Shown here piece after piece: positions 36,725 to 44,780 of a DNA stretch of 64,000 nucleotides. Numbering within the stretch: the first letter of the stretch is position 1; each line of letters starts with the position of its first letter. The notes under the pieces were generated by a model that did not search any database, was not told where the DNA came from, and saw nothing but the letters and a program-made list of their open reading frames with translations. The position numbers and the translations under genes were made by a program. This stretch comes from a virus, in IMG/VR virus record IMGVR_UViG_3300005613_000045, positions 1 to 64,000 of that record; one strand, written 5' to 3'.

Positions 36725-38349
36725 TGGCAGAACTTCGTACCACTCAAGTAATCGCAGAAGTTGAACTTGGACCAGAGCTTCGCACAACACAGGTGGTTGC
36801 AGAAGTTGAGCTTGATTTAAATTTTCGCACTACTTCTATATCTCAATTTCTCCTAGAAATAGATTTTGGTCTGTCCGCAGGAGTATCTAGACTTTCGCAA
36901 TTTATGCTTGAAATAGATTCTGATTTTACTCCTGTCCTACCTGCATCTGTGTCGCAATTTCTGATAGAAATTGATGACACAGGAGTCGATACCACAAAAA
37001 CTCAAGATGATTTTAATTTACAGGCGCTTGTAGTAGACCCTACAACTACGAGTAGCTTCTTTACGCTTGCAGCCAAAGTAAAACCTACTTCTAAACACAG
37101 TGGGGTATTTAATTTACAAGCGTATGTAGAAGAAGCTACCAAAGAATTTTATCTTGCAGCCAAAGTTCGTAAAGAGATTCCTACAGTTACAGAATATTAC
37201 CCAGACTTTGAAGGTCCTTATGAAGTACGTTTGCTGGATCACGATCTCTCATTAGTTCGTGTACTTGAACGATTTGAGAGATTAGATTTTACTCGTGCTG
37301 TGAACGGTAAAAATTATAATGGGTATGGTTCTTTTACTTATACAGCAGCAGCAGATCTAACAAACATAGATGAGTTTACGCTGGATCGCATTATCGAAGT
37401 GCGTAGAATGTCTACCACATATGGTGCTGTACCTGTGTTTCAAGGACTTGTACGCTTTAAGAACATAACCATCAATGAAGACGATCATAAAAAATTATTC
37501 ATCTGTGCTGGTCCAGATCTTAGACACTTTATGAAGCGTCATATTATTATTCCTGATGAAGATCAAGCTTTCTTGTCTTTATCAGAACCTTTTGTTGACA
37601 TAATGCACGATATAGTTTTTCGTAACTGCAGCGTCTATACTGCAGGTACGAGACAAATGCCTGGGATTTTTCCAGGAACTTTTTCTGGTTATGGTATTCC
37701 TCTTAACCTAAACTTTAGATATTCTAAAGTGAGTGATGAGTTAGATAATCTAGCTAATGTTGCTGAAGGTGCTGATTGGGATGTCTTTATCTATAATAGC
37801 GCTCCAGATTATATAACCTTTGAAACTTTCTATCCGTTCAAAGGACGAGACAGGCGCACAAACACTGTGCAAGGTTGGCCAGAAATGGTTTGGTCTCTAG
37901 ACCGTGCCAATATTGTAGGACCTTCTTACACAGAGGATCGTGTGGATGAGGTTACTGTGACGTATGTTGCAGGAGAAGGGGTAGGAGTTGAACGCGCAAT
38001 AGTAGAACGGTATAATGTAGCAGATAGACAAAACGATTCGCCTTGGAATAGAGTAGAAGAATTCATTGATGCTAGTTCTGAAACATCAGAAGCAGTTCTA
38101 AAAGCTCAAGGTGATGCTAATAACGTTGAGCATGGTATGGTTAGAACATTCTCTGTACAAGCAGCGCAAAAAGAACTTTTAAGCTATGGAACGAAATGGA
38201 ATCTTGGGGATATTACCACAGGGGTGTTTGATTTAGGTGGTACTTTTGATATGCGTGTGGTAGAAGTTCGAGAGATTCTTGATCCTGGAGAAGGACATAT
38301 CGCTGTCTATCCTACGTTCTTTATCTATCCTAGACTGGAAGATTATTAA
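36724..38349 (+). CDS. Tail/baseplate protein with short N-terminal peptide repeats
   Basis: N-terminus carries ELRTTQV[IV]AEVEL twice and SQF[LM]LEID three times; 541 aa. Confidence 0.55.
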   Translation: MAELRTTQVIAEVELGPELRTTQVVAEVELDLNFRTTSISQFLLEIDFGLSAGVSRLSQFMLEIDSDFTPVLPASVSQFLIEIDDTGVDTTKTQDDFNLQALVVDPTTTSSFFTLAAKVKPTSKHSGVFNLQAYVEEATKEFYLAAKVRKEIPTVTEYYPDFEGPYEVRLLDHDLSLVRVLERFERLDFTRAVNGKNYNGYGSFTYTAAADLTNIDEFTLDRIIEVRRMSTTYGAVPVFQGLVRFKNITINEDDHKKLFICAGPDLRHFMKRHIIIPDEDQAFLSLSEPFVDIMHDIVFRNCSVYTAGTRQMPGIFPGTFSGYGIPLNLNFRYSKVSDELDNLANVAEGADWDVFIYNSAPDYITFETFYPFKGRDRRTNTVQGWPEMVWSLDRANIVGPSYTEDRVDEVTVTYVAGEGVGVERAIVERYNVADRQNDSPWNRVEEFIDASSETSEAVLKAQGDANNVEHGMVRTFSVQAAQKELLSYGTKWNLGDITTGVFDLGGTFDMRVVEVREILDPGEGHIAVYPTFFIYPRLEDY

Positions 38350-40838
38350 TGCCCAATAACGATCCTATGATTCGGCAAACAAAAAGAACAAGCACAATCC
38401 AACGAGGACTTGTTACTAAAGAAATTCCTTCAGTCAACCTGTGGAATGCTTCTGCTATAACTTTATCTCCTGGAGATGTTGTTATTCTTTCTGACACAGA
38501 TGAAAAATCTGTAGTAACTACAACAACTGCAGGTGCTGCGAATCCTTTGATCGTACTTATTGGTGCTGCTCCTGGTGAGCTTGTTAAATGTATTGTCCCT
38601 GGTTCTGGTGCTGCTGCCGCCTTGTGTGGTGGTGTAGCTATTGCTCCTGGGGATACTATTATTACGTCAACTTCCGCAACGTACGGTAAAAAATTAGAGA
38701 CTGAAGATGCTTCAGGATCTTTAGGTACTGCGATTTCAGCAAAAGCTGCAGGTGTTACTTCTCTAGTATCTGTTTTGCTACATGATAGCGTAGCACTTTA
38801 TAGTTCTGGTGGTGGGGGTAGTCCTGACCCCTCCACGATTGACCACAATTTGCTGTTAAATACACATAACCTTACAACAGATATAGATCATAACTTAATT
38901 ACAAATACGCATAATCTTACCACTGACATAGATCATAACTTAATTACAAATACACATAACCTTACAACAGATATAGATCATAACTTAATTACAAATACGC
39001 ATAATCTTACAACAGATATAGATCATAACTTAATTACAAATACGCATAATCTTACCACTGACATAGATCACAATCAACTAACAAACTATGAGGCAGATGA
39101 ACATGTTCCTCTTGATGATGCTGCAACAGATGATGCACATGTCTGGTCTGCAGAGCAAATTCAAGATGCTATTGATTTAACAGAACACAATACGCTAGGT
39201 GGTTTGCAGGGCGGTACAGCAGGAGAATACTTCCATCTTGCAGAAGATCAATATAATATACTTACTGATGGAGACGCAGTTGTAGATATTGCTGATGATC
39301 AACATGTTCATCAGCTTATACCTAATTCCATGACAATAAATGCCGTTAGTAGTATAAACGAACCAGCACTGTTAAATGTTCATCATTCTGGTGTAGGAAA
39401 TCCTACAGCTATTTTTGGGTCGCTCAGTACTTTATACACTGGTCCAGGAACTTTATTTATTGACAATAATAAAATAGGTATAGGTTATTATAATGATGCG
39501 GATGATGCTTCATTTTATTTAAATAATTCTGGTTATTTAGGGGGAATAAGTCGTTATCGTAACTTTATTATAGGAGATGGTAAAAACTCTCCGTTATCTT
39601 CTTGGAGTGGTTCTGGAGCTACTTTAGACCATGTAATTGAAATGTCAATTACTCCTCCAGCGATTGATCAAGTTCCTCTTACAATACAAGGACTAGCAGG
39701 ACAAACTGCAAACTTGCAGGAGTGGACTGACAGTACGCCAACAGCCCTAGCAAAAGTAGGGCCAGATGGTACCCTTACTACCCCAGCCATTGCTGGTGTG
39801 GGCAGTATAGGAAACGCAGGTCCTATAAGTATTCAGGCTGTGGGAGCCCCAGGGACAGAGGTAGTCTTCAATGAGCTCGGGGGAGACATAGATTTCAGAG
39901 TCGAGGGAGATACGGTATCAAATCTATTTTCTGTGGATGCGAGCACAGATAGGATTGGCATCGGTGTATCTACTCCTCAAGCGTTGCTTGATATAACTAA
40001 TACAGATACAGATCTTGTGGGTCTAGCCATCAATAGTAATTCTACAACACAACCTTATCTTTATATGAATGGACCTGCACCAGAAATTAGGTGGCGAGAT
40101 AGTGCCGCATCAGGAACTCCTCTTGCAAGGATGCTGGGGGATAGTGGTAATATGGTTTTTGAGTCTGATTCATCAGACGAGATAGCCGGTAGCTACATGG
40201 CTTTTACTATTGATGGCGCAGAAAAGATGAGGCTAGATGTCAATGGCAGAGTCGGTATTGGCACGGACGCGCCGAATGCCGATCTGGAGGTCATCGACTC
40301 AGGAGCGTCGGGCTTAAACGTTACCAAGTACACCACGACGGGCCAGGGCGCTTATAACGTCACTAGAACGGCAAGAGGCACAGAAGCGTCGCCAACCGCA
40401 TTGCAGAATGTTGACGCGCTTGGTTACTACTTGTTCAAGGGACATGACGGCGTCGGGTTTTACACCGGAGCCTATTTGCAAGCTGCAGCGTCTCAAACAT
40501 GGCAGGCTGGAAAGCATGGTACACAATACGAGTTCTTTGTCACGCGCAATGACACAACAGCTAATGTTAGTAGAATGCGTATCACAAATGATGGTCTCGT
40601 AAGTATAGGCAACTCGCTAACACCCGTTGCACAATTCCATGTCGATCAGGCAAACAATATAGCGGCTATTCCTGTGCTGATTCTCGATCAAGCAGATTTG
40701 AGCGAGGAGATGATTGAATTTGATACCACAGTAGGCGCTGGGTATCCCGTAGATACAGCAGCTATAGGGACTTATTACGGCAAAGTTCGTGTAAGTGTTA
40801 ATGGAACATTCAAGTACATACCATTATATAATTCGTAG
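38349..40838 (+). CDS. Tail fiber protein with 15-aa tandem repeats and a compositionally distinct C-terminal segment
   Basis: 829 aa; Gly/Ala-rich N-terminal part; (IDHNLITNTHNLTTD)x5; many G/S/T stretches; ends just before the holin-like genes. Confidence 0.65.
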   Translation: MPNNDPMIRQTKRTSTIQRGLVTKEIPSVNLWNASAITLSPGDVVILSDTDEKSVVTTTTAGAANPLIVLIGAAPGELVKCIVPGSGAAAALCGGVAIAPGDTIITSTSATYGKKLETEDASGSLGTAISAKAAGVTSLVSVLLHDSVALYSSGGGGSPDPSTIDHNLLLNTHNLTTDIDHNLITNTHNLTTDIDHNLITNTHNLTTDIDHNLITNTHNLTTDIDHNLITNTHNLTTDIDHNQLTNYEADEHVPLDDAATDDAHVWSAEQIQDAIDLTEHNTLGGLQGGTAGEYFHLAEDQYNILTDGDAVVDIADDQHVHQLIPNSMTINAVSSINEPALLNVHHSGVGNPTAIFGSLSTLYTGPGTLFIDNNKIGIGYYNDADDASFYLNNSGYLGGISRYRNFIIGDGKNSPLSSWSGSGATLDHVIEMSITPPAIDQVPLTIQGLAGQTANLQEWTDSTPTALAKVGPDGTLTTPAIAGVGSIGNAGPISIQAVGAPGTEVVFNELGGDIDFRVEGDTVSNLFSVDASTDRIGIGVSTPQALLDITNTDTDLVGLAINSNSTTQPYLYMNGPAPEIRWRDSAASGTPLARMLGDSGNMVFESDSSDEIAGSYMAFTIDGAEKMRLDVNGRVGIGTDAPNADLEVIDSGASGLNVTKYTTTGQGAYNVTRTARGTEASPTALQNVDALGYYLFKGHDGVGFYTGAYLQAAASQTWQAGKHGTQYEFFVTRNDTTANVSRMRITNDGLVSIGNSLTPVAQFHVDQANNIAAIPVLILDQADLSEEMIEFDTTVGAGYPVDTAAIGTYYGKVRVSVNGTFKYIPLYNS
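38838..39077 (+). repeat. 45-bp tandem repeat, about 5.3 copies, inside the tail fiber gene
   Basis: Units alternate between two near-synonymous DNA variants: ...aatacgcataatcttaccactgac versus ...aatacacataaccttacaacagat. Confidence 0.9.
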
Positions 40839-40846
40839 GAGGATTC

Positions 40847-41101
40847 ATGGATTTCATTCCTAGTGTACGACCTGTTCCTGATCATATCGGTGACATTAGT
40901 TTTATCATTACTAATTATTTAGATAACACAGAAACTCCTGATAGTGTGCAATATGAAGTGCAAGTTTTGCAAGCAGATGGTTCAATCTATAATATAGAAC
41001 AAGGTGATTTAATTCCTTATCTAACACAAGAACAGATTGTAATGCTTGTACAATTTGCAGATTCTATGCGGACATTAGCACAAGGATTAATTCCAGAATA
41101 A
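40847..41101 (+). CDS. Hypothetical protein
   Basis: 84-aa ORF with a GGAGGA RBS. Confidence 0.5.
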   Translation: MDFIPSVRPVPDHIGDISFIITNYLDNTETPDSVQYEVQVLQADGSIYNIEQGDLIPYLTQEQIVMLVQFADSMRTLAQGLIPE

Positions 41102-41119
41102 TTTTAGGAGGGCCGACCA

Positions 41120-41341
41120 ATGGATAAAATTGAATTGACTGAAGCAGAAGCAAAAATTGTTTTTACTCTGTATGAAACTAGGCAACAGGTAGTGGCAGAA
41201 CAGGATAGTATAATCTCTGCTTTGATAAAATTACTAGCAAAAAATTATGGGTTTTCTGAAGACGTTAATCTAAGTATTACTCAAACAGAGAATGGTAAAC
41301 TAGTATTAGAAAGTAAAGCTGATAAACAAAATGAAAAATAA
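41120..41341 (+). CDS. Hypothetical protein
   Basis: 73-aa ORF preceded by the AATTTTAGGAGGGCC motif. Confidence 0.5.
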   Translation: MDKIELTEAEAKIVFTLYETRQQVVAEQDSIISALIKLLAKNYGFSEDVNLSITQTENGKLVLESKADKQNEK

Positions 41342-41366
41342 AATTCATAAAAGAGTTTAAAAATTA

Positions 41367-41642
41367 ATGGCTGAATCAGAACTTCTTTTAAAAGGTATAG
41401 AATCTGGAAGTCTTGTTTTTGTAATTGTTCTTATGTATCTTGCCCTTCGCTATCTGCTTACAAAACTAGATAGAATAGATGCACTAGAAGATGCTGTAAT
41501 AACTATTACAAACACTCTCACAGAAAGACTTTCAGAACTTAATACATCATTAGCTATACTCACAGAGCAGAGTAGACGCTGCGAACAAGAGACAAGGGAG
41601 TCTATCAGACGAGTAGAAATTGAAATGAGAGGGAAGAACTAA
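41367..41642 (+). CDS. Small single-pass membrane protein (holin/antiholin-like)
   Basis: TM segment LVFVIVLMYLALRYLL followed by a charged coiled region. Confidence 0.45.
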   Translation: MAESELLLKGIESGSLVFVIVLMYLALRYLLTKLDRIDALEDAVITITNTLTERLSELNTSLAILTEQSRRCEQETRESIRRVEIEMRGKN

Positions 41643-41833
41643 TGACGGCACTATTGATTATTTTTCGTGTCGTTTTTGTTGTAACATCCGTTATGGGTTC
41701 TTCTTTCGCCATCTACATTCTAGCTTCTCGATACACCAGTGATGACGGAGCACAACGACTAGAAGAAGAAGTCTCAAAATTTTTGGCTGCCTACAGAAGT
41801 ATCGAAGGAGGACAGCCTAATGACAGACAATAA
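41642..41833 (+). CDS. Small membrane protein (holin-like)
   Basis: 63 aa with LLIIFRVVFVVTSVMGSSFAIYILA. Confidence 0.45.
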   Translation: MTALLIIFRVVFVVTSVMGSSFAIYILASRYTSDDGAQRLEEEVSKFLAAYRSIEGGQPNDRQ

Positions 41834-42176
41834 AAATATGTATGATTTAATAAGTGCGCTTACATTCTGGTTATCTGTTCCGCTTATCGTAGCTAATCTT
41901 ATTCTTGCTTGGAGATTTATCCGAGTATTGAAACAAAGAAAAAATATAGCGTCTGCTTTAATGTTTTTAATGATTATGTCCTTAACTTTTTCTACACTAT
42001 ATAAAGCTGTTATAAGTGTAGACATTATAGTTATTGAAGGTGCTATTATATTCTTATATAAAGAATATGAACCATTAATAGCTCTTAGCATTCGCTATAT
42101 TATAACAATCTTTCTGTATACTTTAATGTCTTTACGTCCTAAGAGCATCAGCATTAGACGTAAAACTGATAGATAG
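41820..42176 (+). CDS. Small 3-TM membrane protein (holin-like)
   Basis: 118 aa with three hydrophobic helices; last gene of the rightward block. Confidence 0.5.
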   Translation: MTDNKNMYDLISALTFWLSVPLIVANLILAWRFIRVLKQRKNIASALMFLMIMSLTFSTLYKAVISVDIIVIEGAIIFLYKEYEPLIALSIRYIITIFLYTLMSLRPKSISIRRKTDR

Positions 42177-42178
42177 TT

Positions 42179-43828
42179 TTAAATTTTATAGAGGGCCATA
42201 AGTTTTTCTGTAATATTTTTCTTGTATCTAGACAATTCTTGTACAAGAGCTTCTTTAAGAATAGCATCTGAAATCATTTGTTTTCTAGCTATTACATCTT
42301 CTACAGCAGCATCAATGGACTCTTTACAAATCAAATTGTAAATAGTTACAGGATTCTTTTGACCTATTCTATGCAGTCGTCCTTCTGCTTGATGCTGCTC
42401 TCTAGGATTCCAATGATGCTCGATAAAAATTGCCACAGAAGCAGCTTGCAGATTTAATCCTGTGCCTCCTGCTCCTAGCGTACAAAGTAAAACTTTACTA
42501 TCTCCAGAATCTAAACTATCCTTTGCTTCTTCTCTATCCTCGGCTTCGACATCCCCTGTGATAATCCCACAAGAAATATTTTCTTTTTTCAATCTCTGTT
42601 CTAGTGCAGCAATAGTTCCTTTGTACAAAGAGAACACAACAATTTGCTGATCTGTACCTGTGATAATATCCATCGCAGCATCCAACTTACCAGAAGAATC
42701 ATCAAAACCGATTGTGTGCGGTGTGCTCAGAATCTGTCTTAGTCTGGTAATGATTGCGATTTCAGCAAAGGCTTGTACTTCTTCTCCTGTTTCCGCTTGC
42801 GCTATAGCATTCAAAGCCATATCTTTATAATACTTTGCTTGTTTGATTGTCATTTCAACTTCAATATTGATCACAGTTTTATCTGGAATATCTATACTTA
42901 CATCCTGCTTTGTTCGTCTAAGCATCACAGGTGCAAGTTCTCTGCGCAGATATTCTTCATTACGTGTGCCTATAATTTTTCGTGATCCAAAATAATCTTC
43001 GACATAATCCACATACATCTCGAAGAAACGCCAATAAGAAGTAAATTTTTTAGGGTAAAGAATATTTAATAGAGACCATAGATCAGCAGTATTGTTTCCA
43101 ATAGGTGTACCTGTGAGCATGACAACATTAGCTGCTGCAAGGTTTTTTGCTTTCGCTACTGTTTTTGTTTTACGATTAGACATCATATGAGCTTCATCAT
43201 AAATGATCCAATCCCACTGAATACGGGGAAGATCATATGTTCTAAGATTATGATAGTTAAGAATGAACCAACCTTCTCGATATTCTTGTAGTTGCTTCTT
43301 TGCTTTCTTAGGTTCTGATACAACCACAGGTAGAGAATATTTAGACCATGTAGCAATCTCTTTAGCCCACTGCCATTTAACAGAATTAGGACAAACGATA
43401 AGAATATTTTTATGTCGTGGAGAAATGTCCGTAGCTAAAATAGTCTCTACCGTCTTACCTAACCCCATTTCGTCACCGAGAATACAGCGTGAAACAGATT
43501 TAATATACTGAACACCTACTCTTTGATAAGGTCGAAGCATCTTTTCTTTGGGATGATTTATTTGTACTTGCTTTGAGATAGTTTCTGCTAGAGTTCTTTC
43601 TGATTCAATCTGTTCTTCATACCACTCTTTGCTAAAATCGTCTGGTGTAATACCCAATTTCTCTACCAGAATTTCGTATAGTCTAGGTTCTGCGGGCATT
43701 GAAACAATACCATCATCCTGTGACACACCAGGAACTTTACCTAGCAAAGCCATTGTTTCAATTCTTTTTTCGTTATGCACAAGCAGTCTAGGAGTATAAC
43801 GCCCACCAGGATTGTAGTACGTGATCAT
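42179..43828 (-). CDS. SNF2/Rad54-family helicase
   Basis: Motif I LGDEMGLGKT, DEAH box IIYDEAHMMSN, LTGTPIGNN, and helicase-C motif QAEGRLHRIGQ. Confidence 0.85.
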   Translation of the reverse strand: MITYYNPGGRYTPRLLVHNEKRIETMALLGKVPGVSQDDGIVSMPAEPRLYEILVEKLGITPDDFSKEWYEEQIESERTLAETISKQVQINHPKEKMLRPYQRVGVQYIKSVSRCILGDEMGLGKTVETILATDISPRHKNILIVCPNSVKWQWAKEIATWSKYSLPVVVSEPKKAKKQLQEYREGWFILNYHNLRTYDLPRIQWDWIIYDEAHMMSNRKTKTVAKAKNLAAANVVMLTGTPIGNNTADLWSLLNILYPKKFTSYWRFFEMYVDYVEDYFGSRKIIGTRNEEYLRRELAPVMLRRTKQDVSIDIPDKTVINIEVEMTIKQAKYYKDMALNAIAQAETGEEVQAFAEIAIITRLRQILSTPHTIGFDDSSGKLDAAMDIITGTDQQIVVFSLYKGTIAALEQRLKKENISCGIITGDVEAEDREEAKDSLDSGDSKVLLCTLGAGGTGLNLQAASVAIFIEHHWNPREQHQAEGRLHRIGQKNPVTIYNLICKESIDAAVEDVIARKQMISDAILKEALVQELSRYKKNITEKLMALYKI

Positions 43829-44268
43829 TTTAAAAAGTCTGCTCCTTTTTTAGAAAGAATAAAAGCAAGAGCGTGTTTGCAGGCGTCCTGAATATGAGGA
43901 GAAGATCCACACATTTCTTGTTCAGATTGTGTAAGCACTAATCTTTTAATAAGTGAGGCGGGTTGAATGATCACAGGAGTATTTTGCTCCTGTGCTGCAT
44001 ATTTTATCACACCAATAACTTCTACAGGAAGCAATGCACTATGTGATAAAGCTTTAGCTTTTCCTGGGTAGAGTCCAAATCTTTCGCAGATAATAATGTC
44101 AGGAAGATACCTCATTCGGATCATGTGGGGAATATCATTCCAAAGTTCTACAGTTCCACAAAAAGAATCGTATTGATTATCTCTAAAATTTCTAAAGCTG
44201 TTGTCATAATCAGCACAAAACCAGCCTGTAGTTTCTCCTGGATCAAAAGCTAGAACTCTTTTTAACAC
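43825..44268 (-). CDS. RuvC-like Holliday junction resolvase
   Basis: Start refined to GTG 44268 with an AGGAGG RBS. VLAFDPGETTGW resembles the RuvC N-terminal catalytic Asp motif. Confidence 0.5.
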   Translation of the reverse strand: MLKRVLAFDPGETTGWFCADYDNSFRNFRDNQYDSFCGTVELWNDIPHMIRMRYLPDIIICERFGLYPGKAKALSHSALLPVEVIGVIKYAAQEQNTPVIIQPASLIKRLVLTQSEQEMCGSSPHIQDACKHALAFILSKKGADFLK

Positions 44269-44412
44269 GATTCCTCCTAGGAAAAGAAGAGAGAATAGTC
44301 GCGCCAACAACTATTCTCTCTAGCCTAAAACACGACTTTTGTTTATGGTCTAAATAATTTATCCTGGTGAGATAACTGTCATATTCCTATACATAAACAA
44401 AAGGCGCACAGT

Positions 44413-44496
44413 TGAGGTGGGAGGGATTTGAACCCTCATGGCGTTTCCGCCAGCGGCTTTTAAGGCCGCCATGTCTACCAATTCCATCACCACCCC
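44413..44496 (-). tRNA. tRNA-Leu (anticodon UAA), type II with a long variable arm
   Basis: Reverse complement folds as acceptor GGGGTGG/CCACCTC (one G-U pair), anticodon stem GCGGC/GCCGC with loop CTTAAAA, 15-nt variable arm, and T arm GAGGG-TTCAAAT-CCCTC. Confidence 0.85.
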
Positions 44497-44504
44497 GACT
44501 AATG

Positions 44505-44777
44505 TTAGATATAATCTATAGATGTTATCATTGCTGCTACAGCTTTTGGATCAAGCAACATAAAATTATCTGAAGATAAAGTTTTTCCGTTTGAAGTTCT
44601 TATTCCATCTTCGTCGTTGTTGTTTGAAAAAATAAAATTATCTAGTGTTATCCAAGCATTTTCTTCGGTGGTCGCAGTTAAAGCCACAACAAATCCGTCA
44701 TTAATAGGTTTTTTGGGGGAGAGATTATGACACCTAGACATGCCTGGCCAAGTAGTAAAAGTCCATAAAGTATCCAT
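44505..44777 (-). CDS. Hypothetical protein
   Basis: 90-aa ORF. Confidence 0.5.
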   Translation of the reverse strand: MDTLWTFTTWPGMSRCHNLSPKKPINDGFVVALTATTEENAWITLDNFIFSNNNDEDGIRTSNGKTLSSDNFMLLDPKAVAAMITSIDYI

Positions 44778-44780
44778 TAT

